NCBI GenBank assembly: GCA_964199315.1 | Contig: OZ116704.1 | Coordinates: 15,190,001-15,254,000, forward strand | DNA from: Orbicella franksi | Taxonomy: Eukaryota | Length of the DNA stretch: 64,000 nt | Reading direction: 5' to 3' | Part shown: positions 22,670-50,860 of the stretch, piece after piece | How the letters are laid out: each line of letters opens with the position of its first letter | How positions within the stretch are numbered: position 1 is the stretch's first letter | Program-made: the position numbers and the translations under genes | Notes under the pieces: model-generated | The model's input: only the letters and a program-made list of their open reading frames with translations | What the model was told of the DNA's origin: nothing | The model's database searches: none

Positions 22670-25600
22670 TCAGCTAAGGTTTGTGTTTTGTATTACTGAG
22701 TGAAGAATTTCAAGTCCATGCATTTCCTTCAGCTTGTCAAGATGCCTGCAAAATGAATAACATGTGCGTAAGGCTCCATTATACTAAATGGGTAATACAC
22801 ATAATTATTCTGTACAAAAGCTTTGTCTTAGTTGCATCAATACCATAGAAAATTATCTCCTGGTCTTTACTTTTTGTAACAGCACCATGCTGCGTCAATG
22901 AATGCTTAAAATCCTTAAAGTGTAAAGGTCTATGTATCTTTTGTAAATGTTTACAAGTTTGAACAAAAATTATTGGAATTACACTTGACTGCCTAATTCC
23001 TATTATATTTGACATTTTTCATTTCTATTTGTTTGGTTTGAAAAATATGTTGATGTATGTTCTTGTTTTGATGTCAAAGCCTGACTAGTCCCAGGTCCTA
23101 ACCCCACACAGTTTCTGACCCAACCAGAAGTGAAATTTCACATTTGCAGAGAGCTAAAATGTAATGAAAAATATTTCCACATCACGATCTCATGTAGATT
23201 CCATTGAGCCAATGAAAAAATATTTGTCATATACACTTTAACAGAGAAGCAGTGATTATGCGTTGTATTGCAATACCTTTTGTCTGCTGTGGCAAGTTTA
23301 GCTAAACAAATGGCAGCATTTTGTTTTACGTCATTGCTCAACTCATCATCTGTTGCATGCTTCAGGAGAATTTCCACTACCTCGCCAACACCAGCAAGAT
23401 ACTGGCTAACTTCCTCTGTGAAATAAAAGTCATTTACCAGGCTGATAAATTACTTGTAACTTATGGGAACAATGTTCTCCTGCAATAACACAATAATTAA
23501 TTTGCCATTGCTGACATGTAGCACTGTCCTCATCAAGGTAGTGTTCCCAACTGGTTCAATTGACCTAGCCCATCAGACACAACTTAGATCTGTATAGTGT
23601 TACGTCATTTCAGCATCAACTGTAATCTTGAATCCTAGACTGACTCCCAGGCCTCTCCTAATGACATGTAACACTATCCTCATAAACAGAGCGTCCCTGA
23701 CTGGTTCAATTGACCTAGCCCATCAGACACAACTTAGATCTGTATATGTTACATCATCTCGGCATCAACTGTAATCTTGAATCCTAGACTGACCCTTGGC
23801 CTCTCCAAGAGGGCCACAAGGATCTCACAATGGCTTAACTGTGTTGTCTGGGCAACTGAGGGCAAATACACCTTACAGCTGAATCTATCACTTTGTCCTT
23901 CTGAGAACAAATTTTGTATCTAAATCTGAGTATGTCTTGAAGTTTAAAATATGCTACTGGAATTCTGCATATTAATCTGATTTAACAGCCCATTAGTAAA
24001 GGAATTTTGAAGCAGTTGAGAGTCCTCTTACTTACCCATATCAGCACAGTGACCAAGGCATAGTGATGTATTTCCTATGATGGTTTCATCTGTAGAGTGC
24101 AGAAGTTGCACTAAAAAGTCCAAAGCTAAAACAGGAGAGTTGAACACCTTAGTTCAACCTTGCCATACACTAATTTATGCTGATTTAGCCAAAACCTGAA
24201 AGCTGAGATCCTGATTACAGTACGTTAACCTGGCTTGAGCTTGCCATCCAATGGAAAATCAGTACTGGGCAAAGGTCAACTTAAATAAAAAAGCTCTAAA
24301 CCTGAGCCTGCAATATGGTCATGTGATACTGGTCAGTGAATATCTTGTTTTGACAGGTCCACTATTACTACATGGTAGGCATTAGGGACCAGTGAAATTG
24401 TATCTTACATTTTCTTACATGTACCTAGTATGTGTATGCGTGTACCTTTCTCACTTAAGACAGCTTCTCTGGCATCTTTTCTCTCCATTGTGCACAGTGC
24501 CAGTGACTTGATGGCATATTTCTTCACAGTTTCCCTTGTGCTTGCCCCCCATCCCACCTGAAAATGGCTGCTAAGAATAACCAACTGCAGAAGGAATAAA
24601 CACAACATTGGCTTATAAACAGCTACCAAGATGCACAAACATTAACAAAACAACATCTGTGAGCCAGTTCACCTCTTGAGTGCCAGACCATTGTGTATGC
24701 TCTGTGCCACACCATTTTCACCGAAAATGGGTGTCTAGTAAAAAAGTTCACAGAGCTTTTTCACCTAATCAAAAGATATGTGCATATTTTCTGAACTTAG
24801 GTCATAGATTAAAGTGCTCCTTCAAAGTGGTTAATTTAACTGAGGTTGATGCATACTGTAATTTGATATCCATTTGATGTCATGAACAACAATGGGAAAT
24901 TAGCAGTCTCTCGAAAAACCTCCTATGAATCTCAGGAGCTGATAAAAGTTTTTCTAGTGTGCCAGGAGTTAAACTAAATCTCTTGAAATTTTGACATACT
25001 CAGTACATCATATAGGCACCTGAGGAGCAAAAACCATGATGCACATGTACTGAGTAAGGCATATAGGCACTCAGGGGTTAATATTTATTAAGCATATTCA
25101 AATGTAAGCATAACAGCAGGATGGTATGAGAAATGTTTCAAATAGCAATAATTTAGAACCCCATGCTTATGAGACTATCTGAGCAAAATGGTCACCATAT
25201 GATGCAGCTCTCGATCATGGTCAAAGCCAATCTACTGACCATTAGATCAAGACAAATTCCTGTACTGACGTAACAGAAAGCAAACATTCCAGCATGTAAC
25301 ATGTCACCTTAAGAATGCGCAAAACGTGGATGTGGATTTTCTGATCACAAGCTTGATTTAATGCATCGGTTGAGTGAGCCAGTAGATGTCTAATCGTAGC
25401 AAGACTGCGCTAAAACGTTAAACAGAAGTAATGAGTTAGACAGGATTATCCTGAACAAACTTCCTGTATTTGTCACCGATAAGGTTCACTTTCAACGGAC
25501 ATCACAAAAAAAAAAAAAAAAACAGCATCCAGTATCACAGGGCTTAGTTGACAAAATTATTGATAAGTCTGCATTGGTTCAATTGCAGCCATGCTGGAAA

Positions 25601-28600
25601 TGACTGACATTCCTCATAGCAAGATAAACGACATGAAGGTGTAACCATTAGCAGACGCTGGCACAAAGGCACAATTTCAGGCCTGAATCAACTACTCTAC
25701 ATCTAGACTGGTGCCCCCATGACACCGAGAAAACCAAGCAATGCTATAATGCAGTTTGTAATTTAATGGGTAATGACCAGGTTAAATCTAAGAATAGAAT
25801 ATATTGTACCTCACAGATTTCATCATATCCTGTGTTTAACATCTCAATGAGTGATGGAATCAACCTTGGAGCTGCATCCTGATTGACAAGAATTCCCAAA
25901 ATACTTTTTGTGAGTATACCAGTGTCAGTGGCTGTTTATTATTGAGACATGCTCAGTTAAAAGAGTTTCTTTTCATATATATAGTAACATTGGAATGTGC
26001 TGACTTCTATACTATTTCTGTCACTACTTACATATAACATACCTTCTGGTGTTGGTTTGGTTGTGTGGATATATTTGCTAGCAAACCAAGAAGAGAAAAG
26101 ATGGAACATCGTACTTTCTGGTCTTTTATACCACAGATATGGCAATCCTGTGTAAAAATATAATTTACATGTTAATTAAAAACAAGGCCACACTTAAAGA
26201 AAAGAAGCACAGATTGAACTGAGAATCCTGTAAGGTTGGGAGGGAATGAAAAGATTGTCATTGGTGACTGACATTTTACGCAATACATAAATTTTCACAA
26301 TCAGGTTCAAGAATCTGTTACTTTTTTAAAATTTTGGTCAGGGTTTGTTACATTTTTTTGTTACATTTCGTGTGAAACAAATTTGTTGCTATAAAGAATT
26401 GTTCATAACTAAGTTACAGGTACCACTTGTTAGAATAGTAAAAAAGTCTGCATACAAGCCAAGTGGCCCATCAGGTCAGAGCTTATCTCGGTTTCTGTAA
26501 CATGAAGTGACTAGGAATTTTTCTACTCCCCCCTGGATGGGATGCGAGTCAATCACAAGGTTATGCTCAGTAATAGAAAAGGTTAAGGTAGAAAGGTAAA
26601 CTCTGCATACGAGCCAAGTGGCCTATCGGGCTGAAGCTTATCCTGGTTTCTGCAGCATGAACCGACTAGGGCTACCTCTACCCCCCCTGGATGCGATGCT
26701 AGTCCTTTGCAGGGTTACCCCCCAGCATTAAATTTGCCTGTAACCATTTATATACACTTGGCTGGAGAGAGACACTGTGAGAGTCAAGTGCCTTGCCCAA
26801 GAACACAACAAAATGTCCTCCATCAGGGCTCAAACCTGGACTGCTTGATCCAGAAATGAGCACACTAACCATGAGGCCACCATGCCTCCCACACTTGGGA
26901 GTAGAAAAGTAAAGTAAATAGTGAAGTACAAACCAGGAACTTGACACTAGTTTCCCACCATGCCTGTTCATCTGCAATCTTATTTCTTATGTAAGTGTCC
27001 CTGGCCATGTTAGCCAAAGCTGATAAACCAGATGACACCAGAGACCAGTTATCTGTAGGTTCGTGAGATGTTTTTTGGTTGCCTTCGCATAACTTTAACT
27101 GTACATGAAAGGACAATGAAAGAACAATGACAGTGTCAATGAGCGTAATCATGAAGACAGGGAGGGAGGAAGAGAAGCTGAAGGACACAATGGACAATAG
27201 ATGTATGGACAAAGGACGAGAAGGAGCAGAGATGAACCTTTACAGATAAAAGGGTGCAAGGAGAAAGGAAGATCAAGAAAATAAGAGAAAGAAGGGAATC
27301 CACTTTACCACAAATTTCTGTGAGATGCCCAGAAAGTCCTTGTCAACCAGATCTCTAATTTTTTCACAGAATCTAAAAAGGAGAATTAGAGAGAAGAGAG
27401 AATTAGTTCTAAAATAATTTACCATCCTTTGGTTTATGATTGTTTAACATGTACTTTTCCCGTTTGTTTTTACTGACCTGTAAATTCATTCTGATCAGAT
27501 TATAAATTTAAGTTCAAAGTTCAGAATGAAAAAAGTTATACTCTTAACAATACCTTGTAAGGCTGAGAAATAACATGTTACAAGTAACTTGTCTCTAGAC
27601 ATAGCTTTACCAGAGCATATAACACATTTGACAGCTTTCATACCCTTGTTCCAAGGCTAAGTTATTAATTGTGGACATTGCCACAACAGCTGTATTGTTT
27701 CCCCTTTGTACAAGTGAAAATAAGGCTTCTGTTACCCTGAAAAAATAAAACATACATTCCTTAATCTCAACTCATTGATATCCACCCTTTAATGACTTTT
27801 TGTTTATCCTCACAGTCTGCAAGGTTTCATTTCATTTTCTTCTTGTCCACTCTGTTCTTATCATTAGTTTAAACCCTATTCAGTCTTCTAGTTGACAATA
27901 TTCTTTCATTACTCCCATCTGCTTGTTTCCTAATCTTACCATTTGATATGTTTATATGTAGTAAGACCAAGTCTTCCCTTTTCAGTTTGTGACAGTTGAT
28001 GGAGGAAGGACGTAGCAGCAGTTCTAATGACAGGAGAAGTTGGGTCTCTTAAGAGAAGATTGAATGATGGGGAATGATCCTTCCTGAGAAACTCTTCCAC
28101 ATTGTGATCTGGAAGAAAAATATCTTGCCTGTCACAAACTAATCAACAGAAAACAACAAATTCAAAAAGCAGAGAGAATACATGTCTTGATTGATTTAGT
28201 AACTGACTGACTAACCAACTAACTGATTAACCAACTGACTGACTAACTGACTGACTCACTGACTCACTGACTCACTGACTCACTGACTCACTGACTCACT
28301 GACTGATTGACTGAGTGACTGACCAACTGACCGACTGACTGACCGACTATCTCACTGACGCACTGACTCACTGATGGATGGATGGACAGAGAGATGAAAG
28401 GATGGATGGACGGACAGACAGATGGATGTACTGACTGAATGATTGAATGACTGATGGACTGACTGAGCTTTTCTTTAACCACCAGGCATATACATTTCTT
28501 CTTTAACTACATGTACTTACTGTCACATACATAGATACAAACACTGGACCTTTATAGATTGTTCACTTCCGTTGCATTACGACCATCGCTGATTTAGTTT

Positions 28601-31600
28601 ATGTTTGATTTATGTTTCTTGGCTGACTGCTCTAGGTGTTTTGTCATTACATAGATACCATATTTCTGAGCACGTTTCAGTCGATTGGGAGTCACATGTT
28701 CCAGGAGTCGTTCATAGTTTAACTCAGAGTATTTGGAGCTATTTTCTTTGGAGTTTCTCACGCACAATGTTAGAGATCAGATGCAAGTCATTTTATATTT
28801 TCCCTTCTTATGGTTTTACTCATTTCCATTTAGCTTGTTGTCCTGTGTGCCTCTTGTTACTCAACAATCGTCTATTGATTTCTAGTCTTTACAGTAAGTG
28901 GTGTACAAGCAGCCCAGCCAGATCTTCAATGAATCTTACAAATTGTGGGCTGTTGTGCCTAAGTTTATTTAAACTGGCAAACTCCGATGTACTGCACCTC
29001 GCATCCGCCACGTATGTTGGGATTGCAACACTTATTATGGCCTTAAAGATTACTGGGCATTATTGCCTACATGTGCCTCAAGTATTGAAATCATACTGAC
29101 CTGTAGAGCTGGATAATTGAGGACATAAGAAAATTAATGCATTGAGTTAATTCTTACCATTGTCAGTGCAGGCTTCCATCAAAATCCTTAAAATTTCACA
29201 CATAAAATCAATATCCTCTAACATTGTACACACATCTGCTCCTTCCCAATATCTACAAAGGGAAACAAAAATGCTCACATCTGTAAAGGCAGCCAAACAA
29301 CATATCAGTCTTACACACACCCACTCTTACAGTCCACAAAATATATTAACACAAAAGTGCTACCTGTTACATATTTTTCGCTTAAATTTATAAAAGATGG
29401 ACAACTCACTCAAATGGACACTGCATGCAGTGATCCAACACCTGCATGTTTATAAACAGAATTTAACTTCAACCTCATTTTACTTACTTTTTAAATGTTT
29501 TATTGTAATCTATGATTTGAAAGCCTCCATAACATCTAAATAATGTTTTATTAGCATCTGCAATATAGGAAAGCAAGGATTGAATTAGCTAAAAGTACAC
29601 ATAGGTAAAACTGTATATCAAACCTATGCTATGTTGATTTCGAAAAAAGGTTCTAAAAAGATAAATATTTAAAGGATATAGGCAATTATAATAAACTTGA
29701 AAATTGATAGAAACAGAGTGAATCAGAATTCCTAAACTTCAAAACTGACTTACTGCTATCTAGAAGTGAAACTAGCTTCCTTGTTGATTCAATGTATTGT
29801 GACGTAGCAAGACTGCCTTTGTGTAGTCTGTTAATAGATTCTTTTATTAATTCTCCACTTCCTTCTCCAGCGAGGGTGGCAGCCTGTGATGAGTTAAATG
29901 GTCAGGAATGGTTATTCCATTCACACACGTGATGTTACATGTACTAACAGTAATGTTAACATCTTCAAACATTGAAAAAAAAAAAGCATTTTTTAACCCT
30001 ACTGTAGGTCAACACACATAAAAAAGGAATGCTTGTCTTGAAGCAAGCAGCACCCAAGTTAGGGTTGTTGTGTGGTTTTTTTGGGGGGTGTTACTATGAT
30101 TTAGAGGAGAGGGAAATCAGATGTCAGCCTGTAAAAGTACCCGGGGGGGGGGGGGGGGTTTGAAGTAAAGGTAAAAAAAGTAAAGCCTGCATGCAAGCCA
30201 AGTGGCCCATCAGGCCAGAGCTTATCCCGGTTTCTATAGCATGAAGTGAGTAGGAGTGTTTCTTCTGCCCCCTGGATGGGATGCAAGTCCATTGCATGGT
30301 TAACCCCAGTATTAAGTTCGCCGGTACCCATTTATACACCTGGGTGGAGAGAGGCACTGTGAGAGTAAAGTGTCTTGCCTGAGAACACAACACAATGTCC
30401 CTGGCCAGGGCTTGAACCTGGACTGCTTGATCCGGAGATGAGCACACTAAACAAGAGGCCACTGCACCTCACATGCCTCTCATTATGTTCAAGGTCTCTA
30501 CTGTAAGATACAGACCAAGCTTTTTTGTTTCGTTTGTTTGTCTATTTGTTTCAAAAAGGAAAGCCAATCTTAATGTTGGACTAAGTTGACAGGTGAGAAA
30601 AAGTTAAGAAGAAGAAAGAAATTAAACTAATTGAAACTGCTCAGTCACACTATATATTCTTGCCAGTCAAAAGTGTATTCATCTGATAATTTAATATTTT
30701 TATTGCCACACAAATCTGACCTCTTTTTCATCCTGAAGCCTCCGTTTTGCTGATTCTGCCTCTGATATATACACTAAAAAGAGCAGAAGTTGAAAATTAT
30801 GTTAAACACAAATGGAGGAAAAATATGAATACTGACAGTAACATGTATTTAGTACTTCACTGACGATTATTATTAATTTAGCATAACATATATATGATGA
30901 ACAACCTTTTAAAACCTTTTCTTGCTTTGGAGCAACTTCAATAGCATTCTTTAAAACTGATACAGCCTGCAAAAAAAATGCAGTGATGTCATACATGTCA
31001 CATGTACATACAATTTTTATGATCAGATCTAAAGTAGTCTTGTTAACAATCACAGTTTAAAGGCGTCTCCGTACTGAGAATACCCCCTAGCATGGGAGTG
31101 GTTCTCCATAAGGCATTTCCTTTTTGGCATCATGAGAGTTACTGCTATAAATTCTGGCATTAACTTACTAATCATATTTTTGTCTGTCTTAAGAGTGTGT
31201 TATGGGTGAAAGATAAAACTCTATTTTAATTCACAACAGGATGATGTTAAGTAAAATCTTACCTCATCAAACTTCCCTTGTGCTTGCAGAGCTCTGGCTT
31301 TGTGAACAAATGCTTTCACCCACTTTGGATCAATCTGACATTGACAAGATATTAAAATTATATTTACTGAAGTCAAAGTTGAAAATTCAATAGATTTTAA
31401 AAAGCATATCATCAAAATTAAAAGTAAATTACACGTACATTGTATCTCCACTAAATATCTCTCCTTTGAATAAAATATAATATCACCCCTTCCTCTTGAA
31501 CTGAAAGAAGTCAAATTGATCCAAAAAGAATGTGTGGGTAAGAAAATATTGCATTTAAACCAAGTTTATTGCCACTTTGAATCAACCTACAATTGCCCAA

Positions 31601-34600
31601 ATTATAGCTGCTTGTAATGTAAAATATTAACTTGCCTTCAAAGCTAGATTACAGTCATGGATAGCGGAATCAAAGTCATCAAGTTTGATGTAAGCCTAAG
31701 GTTAAGAATAAGCACAAAATTAAAACATCAGTCCTGTTATTATCTCCCACAAACACTTAAAGGTATAATAGCTAGTAAAGCTGCATAATAATCCAATGAT
31801 CGATACTTCATGTGAACAAAAATATCTTCACTTCATCTGTGGAAATTGATATTTCCATCGGCAATTAATAAATTTTATTAAATTCTTTTTAGCTTCATCG
31901 TGTTATTTCAAATTATGCATTTGGGAAGTTTGGAAAGCACTCAAGAAGCTAAGAGTTGTTCTCGGCTGTGCTTGGAGCAACTCTTGATTGCACATTTTTG
32001 AGCTTTCAAACCTCCCTTTGTGCATTATAGCATGCTGAAGTGTGAATCAGTTGTTAATTGATTCTCATTTGTCTTGAAAACGTGTAGTTTTTTTTTTTTA
32101 ATTGTGTTACTTTTAATTGCCAAATACCTATCAAAGTAATTACTTACAACTAACAGTGGTTAAAGCTAAAAGTTTGCAGCTACATGTTAAGGTGTAAAGT
32201 AAATCCCTGTAGTCAGCTGAGTATTCACCTGAGCTCTGTTTGTGTAAAGCACAGGATTAGTGCAAACTTTAGCAATTGCCATAGTGTAGTTGCTGATGGC
32301 TTCTGTAAAGTTACCATCCTTGAAAGCATCATTCCCTTTTCCTTTTAACTTCTCAGCTTCGGCTTCAGATCTCTTTTTTATCTTTGCCCTCTCTTTGGCA
32401 TCTTCTTCAACTGCTTTCATGAACTTTTCTGTGAAAAAAATGGTCCATTAATTTCCAACTCTGCTTAAAAAATATCCCTTTTCACACACTTAAGTCCTCT
32501 TTCCCTAAAAAAAACATCTGGGGTTCCCCTTACACATTCCATACTGATGACCTGTGTATAACATCCCTTGTTGGTTGCTGCTCACATTTGAATGAAGAAT
32601 TTCTGTGTAAACGGTGGTTTTGACCTGTGTGGCTGTAATGAAAGCTTACATGTAGTGACAGCTAATTGAGCAGTAGATCAAAAGACAAGTGCCACTGTTT
32701 ATAAAGTTACGCCCATGGAGTGGTTTAAACTTTTGCATTGCATGTCTAGCAAATAGACAAGGGGTTTCATTAAGAGCTGGACACCAGGCCAATTGACTGT
32801 CCGTGAGGGTGATTTTTCCCACCCGGTTTGACCCTCTAGAGGGCAGTTTTTTTTATGACCAGCTTCAATTCAAAATGTTTTGCCTGCCTGTGAAAACCTG
32901 CTGAAAACATTAAGGAAACCCCTGGTCTAGCATTGAAATCTTACCAGCACAAACTTCTCCAGCATCCCTCTAACAATTCAAAAATAGAACACAAATTAAC
33001 TCAACCTAGATATCTGACCAGCTGCTTATAATGTAGGATCTAACAAAAGAGATCTCTACTGTTAAAGGAATCCTGTGGTACTTTTCGCACTTTACACCTT
33101 TGAAGTGCAAATTTATATAATCTGTACTCCTACATGCATTGCTATATGGACCTGTTTACTAATGTCATGCTTTTCCAATGTTTTCATTCAAACAAAGATA
33201 TAAATCAAACTGTTCAATTTATCATGCCAAATCGAGTATATAATATGTGAAGTTTCATTAGAATCTGTTGGAAATGCATAAAAATATGGGACCCCAAACT
33301 TGTCAATTTTTACAATGAAATGTAAGCCTAGGGATAATGCTATCCCCTGATATTTACATGTACTGGGGTCACATATTTTTATGAGTTTGCAATGGATTCT
33401 TACAAAACTTTGTAGGTTTACCAAATTCAGCATGACAAATTGAACTATAGGGGTGTTTTTTGGTTTATTTGAAAAACAGGTAACATTTTGATATTGTGAA
33501 AGAAAAACATTTTGATGTTGTGTGACACCAATAAAAAGATCCAGTGTGCCGGTATCAAGTATCCTGTTAACTTGAGCGTGCTTCGGAAATGAAGTTACGC
33601 ATTCATTTGCATCGATAACAGATTCATTTGCATCAATATTAGATACAAAAAATGTAGGTTGCTGCATGTAGTTAGTTTTTGATTGTATGGTAGTCAATTG
33701 AGAACATCAAATAGGAATGGCCATCTGACCCTCATGTATCCTTTACTTGTGACTTTCAAGTTGATGTAGAAAACAACTATTGCAATGGCAAATACCAATA
33801 GAAAAAATTGAAGAAGCCTAAAACTTATTGCATGTTTCTATTACTGTTAAGGATAATAAGAAATAATACCATTTCACCAAGAGCAGTTGAAGGATCTAAT
33901 GTCCTCCTTTCTCCTTCTTTGGAAATAACTGTTCTCTCAGATGTCATTTTTACTGGTCTGCATTCATCATCAGAATCATCATCATTTTCAGCTTTGTGTC
34001 TTTTCAAGAACTCATCTGCTGCAGAGAGTGCTTTGTTTTGTCTTTCAAGGTCACCACATGTTAAATCTTTCATAATAGAGTCTGTAAACAAATGAAAAAA
34101 GTTCCCAGATTTTTACTCGATAATTAATAATAATTATTAAAAGTATGCACACTACTAATAATTATTATTAGCAGTATGTCTACTTTTAGTTGCATAAAAA
34201 CTGCTGGCTAAAAAGGTCCAAGTGATACTAAATGTTCTAGGCTAACAGGGTACACAAACATTTAACACAATCAATGGCAAACCCAAGTCAATCTACATGT
34301 GCATGTCTTTATCTGCTTTAATCATACTTTAAGAAAAGACTGTAGTTACAACTTGAAAAACTTTAACACAGCACTGAAGGTATTGGCTAATTCTAAGGCA
34401 TTATTCTCCTGTAATGCCCACAGGCTGATTACGGGCCTACAAAACCAGAGTAAAAAGCCATATATTAAACAACTTATTAAACTCAAACATTTGGTCTTTA
34501 CAGGAAAATCTCAAACCTCAGCCTTACGGTATTGACCTCACCATACCTTGGTCAAATTATATGGCAAGGTCTCGGTTTGAACTCTTCCTGTAAAGACCTC

Positions 34601-35242
34601 ACTCTTGGTTAATAAGTAGTTCGTATATGAAAAAAGGAAAACACCAAATTGTACAGAGGGTAATATTGAACCACAAAATCGACAATTTTGTTTACCCTTA
34701 TGTCTTTACAGTGCTTCTAGGTATCCTCATAGTGCTTCTGGTAGAAGCCATTATATTGAAAGAAAAAAATACCATGCATAGCTTCTGGGAGGTAGTACTC
34801 TCGTTTGCCTTGAAGGGGAAACAGATGTACTACTGCTCTTAAGAAGAAACCCTGATCTGAAACCCAATAGGGTTTGCCCTCAGCTTAATCTTCACGTATC
34901 AATGTAACTAAGCTTTCATATCAAGATCCCCAAACTGTTCTTAAGAAAGGAAAGGCACATAGCTTTATTTTCTCGCAAGATAAGTAATTTAATATGGTTC
35001 AATCTGACCATTAAATAATCCGTGAGGACTGGACTTCAAGAAACAAAGCAAGCTGAAAGCTGCTGACATTGACTCAACTTTAAACTTCGGAGATTCGATA
35101 CAAAGAGGAGTGATGATTGTCTAACGATTTGCGATTGCTGCAAAATGCAAATCAGACATGATCGAAAACGCTGCTTACCAATTTCATCGACTTTCCCGAG
35201 AAATTTCTGCAGCTCTTCTTCCTTTCCTGTTGTTTCCTCCAT
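22670..35242 (-). CDS. TTC12: Tetratricopeptide repeat protein 12 (TPR + ARM; 738 aa, 22 exons)
   Basis: Exons 35179-35242, 33870-34081, 32945-32969, 32229-32428, 31636-31695, 31263-31334, 30906-30966, 30721-30773, 29754-29883, 29488-29557, 29158-29252, 27940-28108, 27644-27736, 27309-27372, 26934-27098, 26043-26147, 25810-25878, 25308-25409, 24455-24557, 24036-24125, 23277-23415, 22670-22745 (2217 nt, in phase). Motifs FLGKVDEI, AVEEDAKERA, KGNDAF..LYTNRAQAYIKL, GNTSLCL, NAAICLAKLA, LKEMHGLEILHS. Confidence 0.92.
23512..23806. repeat. Direct tandem duplication, period 150 bp, in a TTC12 intron
   Basis: tgacatgta...ggttcaattgacctagcccatcagacacaacttagatctgtata...aatcctagactgac at 23512 and 23662. 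Confidence 0.9.
24182..24360 (-). mobile_element. 3' fragment of the HINE family (empty site for both nested MITEs)
   Basis: Reverse complement reads ...ctcaagccaggttaacgtactgtaatcaggatctcagctttcaggttttggctaaatc, colinear with the 3' ends of the 2367 and 42029 copies. Confidence 0.75.
28200..28465. repeat. Compound tetranucleotide microsatellite (CTGA/CTAA/CTCA/GGAT)
   Basis: Directly visible. Confidence 0.9.
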
Positions 35243-35591
35243 TTTGACGCTACAGACACGATCGACTGCTCATCGACTGGATTAAATCAGTCGTTGACAA
35301 TTCGTGATCGTCGGAAGATCTTCGCAATCTGCTCGAGTATCCGAAGGTCGTTTATCACCCTTGTTTTGGTCTCGTTAGGATTTCCGTGCGCAGTGTTCGA
35401 AGAAAGTGGAGTAGAGATGTTTATATTTGTTGGATAAGTTACTTTTATACTTGAAATCACCCATGACTGCTTCTGAAGAGGGAAAAGCTCGGAACGAAGG
35501 TTGCCCTTGATGCTTTTGGTGTTGCTAGCGCGAGAGAAACTACCCGACGGCATTTCTTCAGTGGTACATGCATGCACAATTTATTTCTAAA
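35243..35591. promoter_or_regulatory. Bidirectional promoter shared by TTC12 and DCAF8
   Basis: Divergent ATGs 349 bp apart (35242 -, 35592 +); CpG-rich compared with flanking introns. Confidence 0.75.

Positions 35592-50860
<15,269 letters not shown>

Noticed and set aside
29415-29450. AG/GT-bounded possible extra TTC12 exon
   Set aside because: Including it shifts phase and introduces a stop in the next exon; the flanking exons join in frame without it.
6515-30462. Recurrent 60-110-aa ORFs with similar peptides (VKCLAQEHN, CSSPDQAVQ)
   Set aside because: All are translations of family A SINE copies.
33188-33697. 169-aa minus-strand ORF in a TTC12 intron
   Set aside because: No recognisable motif, AT-rich, and it lies within a probable degraded MITE (ttaaagga...tcctttac, ~33062-33747); not needed for the TTC12 reading frame.
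35287-35577. 96-aa ORF spanning the TTC12/DCAF8 promoter
   Set aside because: No family features; probably a chance ORF in GC-richer promoter DNA, although a uORF cannot be excluded.
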